Shown: positions 63,021-64,000 of the stretch, in pieces
Numbering within the stretch: position 1 is the first letter of the stretch
How the letters are laid out: every line of letters begins with the position of its first letter
NCBI GenBank assembly: GCA_965637545.1
Contig: OZ281499.1
Coordinates: 620,001-684,000, forward strand
Length of the DNA stretch: 64,000 nucleotides
DNA from: Phallusia mammillata
Taxonomy: Eukaryota
Direction of reading: 5' to 3'
The notes under the pieces: model-generated
Told to the model about the DNA's origin: nothing
The model's input: the letters and a program-made list of their open reading frames with translations, nothing else
Databases searched by the model: none
Translations under genes and position numbers: made by a program

Positions 63021-63034
63021 AGGTCAAAAGGTCA
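63021..63034 (+). promoter_or_regulatory. Perfect DR2 nuclear-receptor element AGGTCA-AA-AGGTCA
   Basis: Exact double half-site with 2-nt spacer, ~1.3 kb upstream of the NHS ATG; function untested. Confidence 0.45.
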
Positions 63035-63149
63035 AGTCCTGCACGGTTTATTAATGCGACATGAGGTACAAAAACAGAAAAGGGAAAAAAATAAACGACG
63101 AAATAATGAACCCGAACATAAGAATGGGCGCCATACACGGAATGGCACT

Positions 63150-63850
63150 GGCTGGTTCAGCCCACGGGATATTGAACTAATTCTGGTAAATAGAAATCAA
63201 AAACGAAACATTTGCAACTCGTCGCTAGATGGGGTGACAATCGCAAAAGTTGTCTGCGAGAGAAAACTTAAAAAAGGGCTGCGTGCTCGGCGCCGTACAG
63301 AAGTAATCGCCACTGTGCGGTTGCGGATAAATTGTTGGCTCTGATTCTGAAGGTGCGGATCGCGCGAAACGTATTATTGCACATTCTCGATTTGGGGAAA
63401 GTCCGGCCGATGATTTTCGGCATTTCATTGGCAGAAAAAAAGGCGGAAAAATTTTCATCGAAACTGAATGGCGGCCACGGGGTCAAAGTTCACAGTAGGG
63501 GGGATTTACCGGACGAACGGAAATTCGAGAGAAGCAGCACACAAAAGAGAAAAAGGCGGCTATGCATATCACGTGAACGCGAGAGAAACGCGACAAAAAA
63601 GGCAAAAACGGAAATTTCATCGAACCCTGAACGTGACCGCAAAAAAACTTGACCTCGAGTAACCCCATTCCGGGATCACGTGATGCTGTAGTTGACCTCG
63701 AGTAACACCGCACCCAGGTCGTGTAACCTCGAATGACCCCTGAATCAAGGTCACGTGGCGCAGTGGCTGACTTCGAAAAGGACGGAAGTGATTGTGGAAG
63801 TGACGTTTGGTGCGAGGAATTGTGACATCGACAATGACAACAAACGAAGT
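63150..63850. promoter_or_regulatory. CpG-enriched promoter-like region upstream of the NHS-family gene
   Basis: Local CpG enrichment against an AT-rich background, two CACGTG E-boxes, repeated TTGACCTCGAGTAAC. Confidence 0.5.
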
Positions 63851-64000
63851 TGAAATTTCACAAAACCAGGTCTGGAATAAAAAGGAAAGCGTTTTAGCCG
63901 AAAATTTCGCGCAAATTTTGCAGCAATAAGTAATAGTTTGATTGGGTTTACTGAGCGAAAATTTGAGTTTCTATTCCAACAAACACACGCTGTTCACAAT

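Noticed and set aside
63332-63652. 106-aa basic ORF and overlapping ORFs at 63.0-63.7 kb
   Set aside because: Several overlapping frames in stop-poor CpG-rich DNA, typical of promoter regions; no motif recognised.

Overview
AT-rich, intron-dense animal DNA. Gene content, intron sizes and repeat types suggest an invertebrate chordate, most likely an ascidian (inference). Three multi-exon genes can be rebuilt by hand from splice signals and reading-frame phase. (1) A cation-independent mannose-6-phosphate receptor (IGF2R/CI-MPR) on the minus strand, from its signal-peptide exon at 20255 through MRH domains 1-12, running off the left edge. (2) Head-to-head with it, a plus-strand gene encoding ribonuclease-inhibitor-type LRRs, an acidic patch and a truncated ZU5 module, with no NACHT visible. 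(3) A 31-kb Nance-Horan-syndrome/NHSL-family gene on the minus strand with a WAVE-homology N-terminus and a probable alternative 'MGN...' first exon. Introns hold many hAT MITEs with 8-bp TSDs, pogo/Tc1-type MITEs and a tRNA-derived SINE. The most unusual signal is two distinct families of short dispersed repeats carrying minimal type I hammerhead-ribozyme cores (CUGAUGA...GAAACGU, Penelope-like-element style). One family forms foldback elements with a hammerhead on each strand, and the two families are joined at 35.6 kb. No prokaryotic features or CRISPR arrays were found. All exon coordinates were read by eye and may be off by a few bases.
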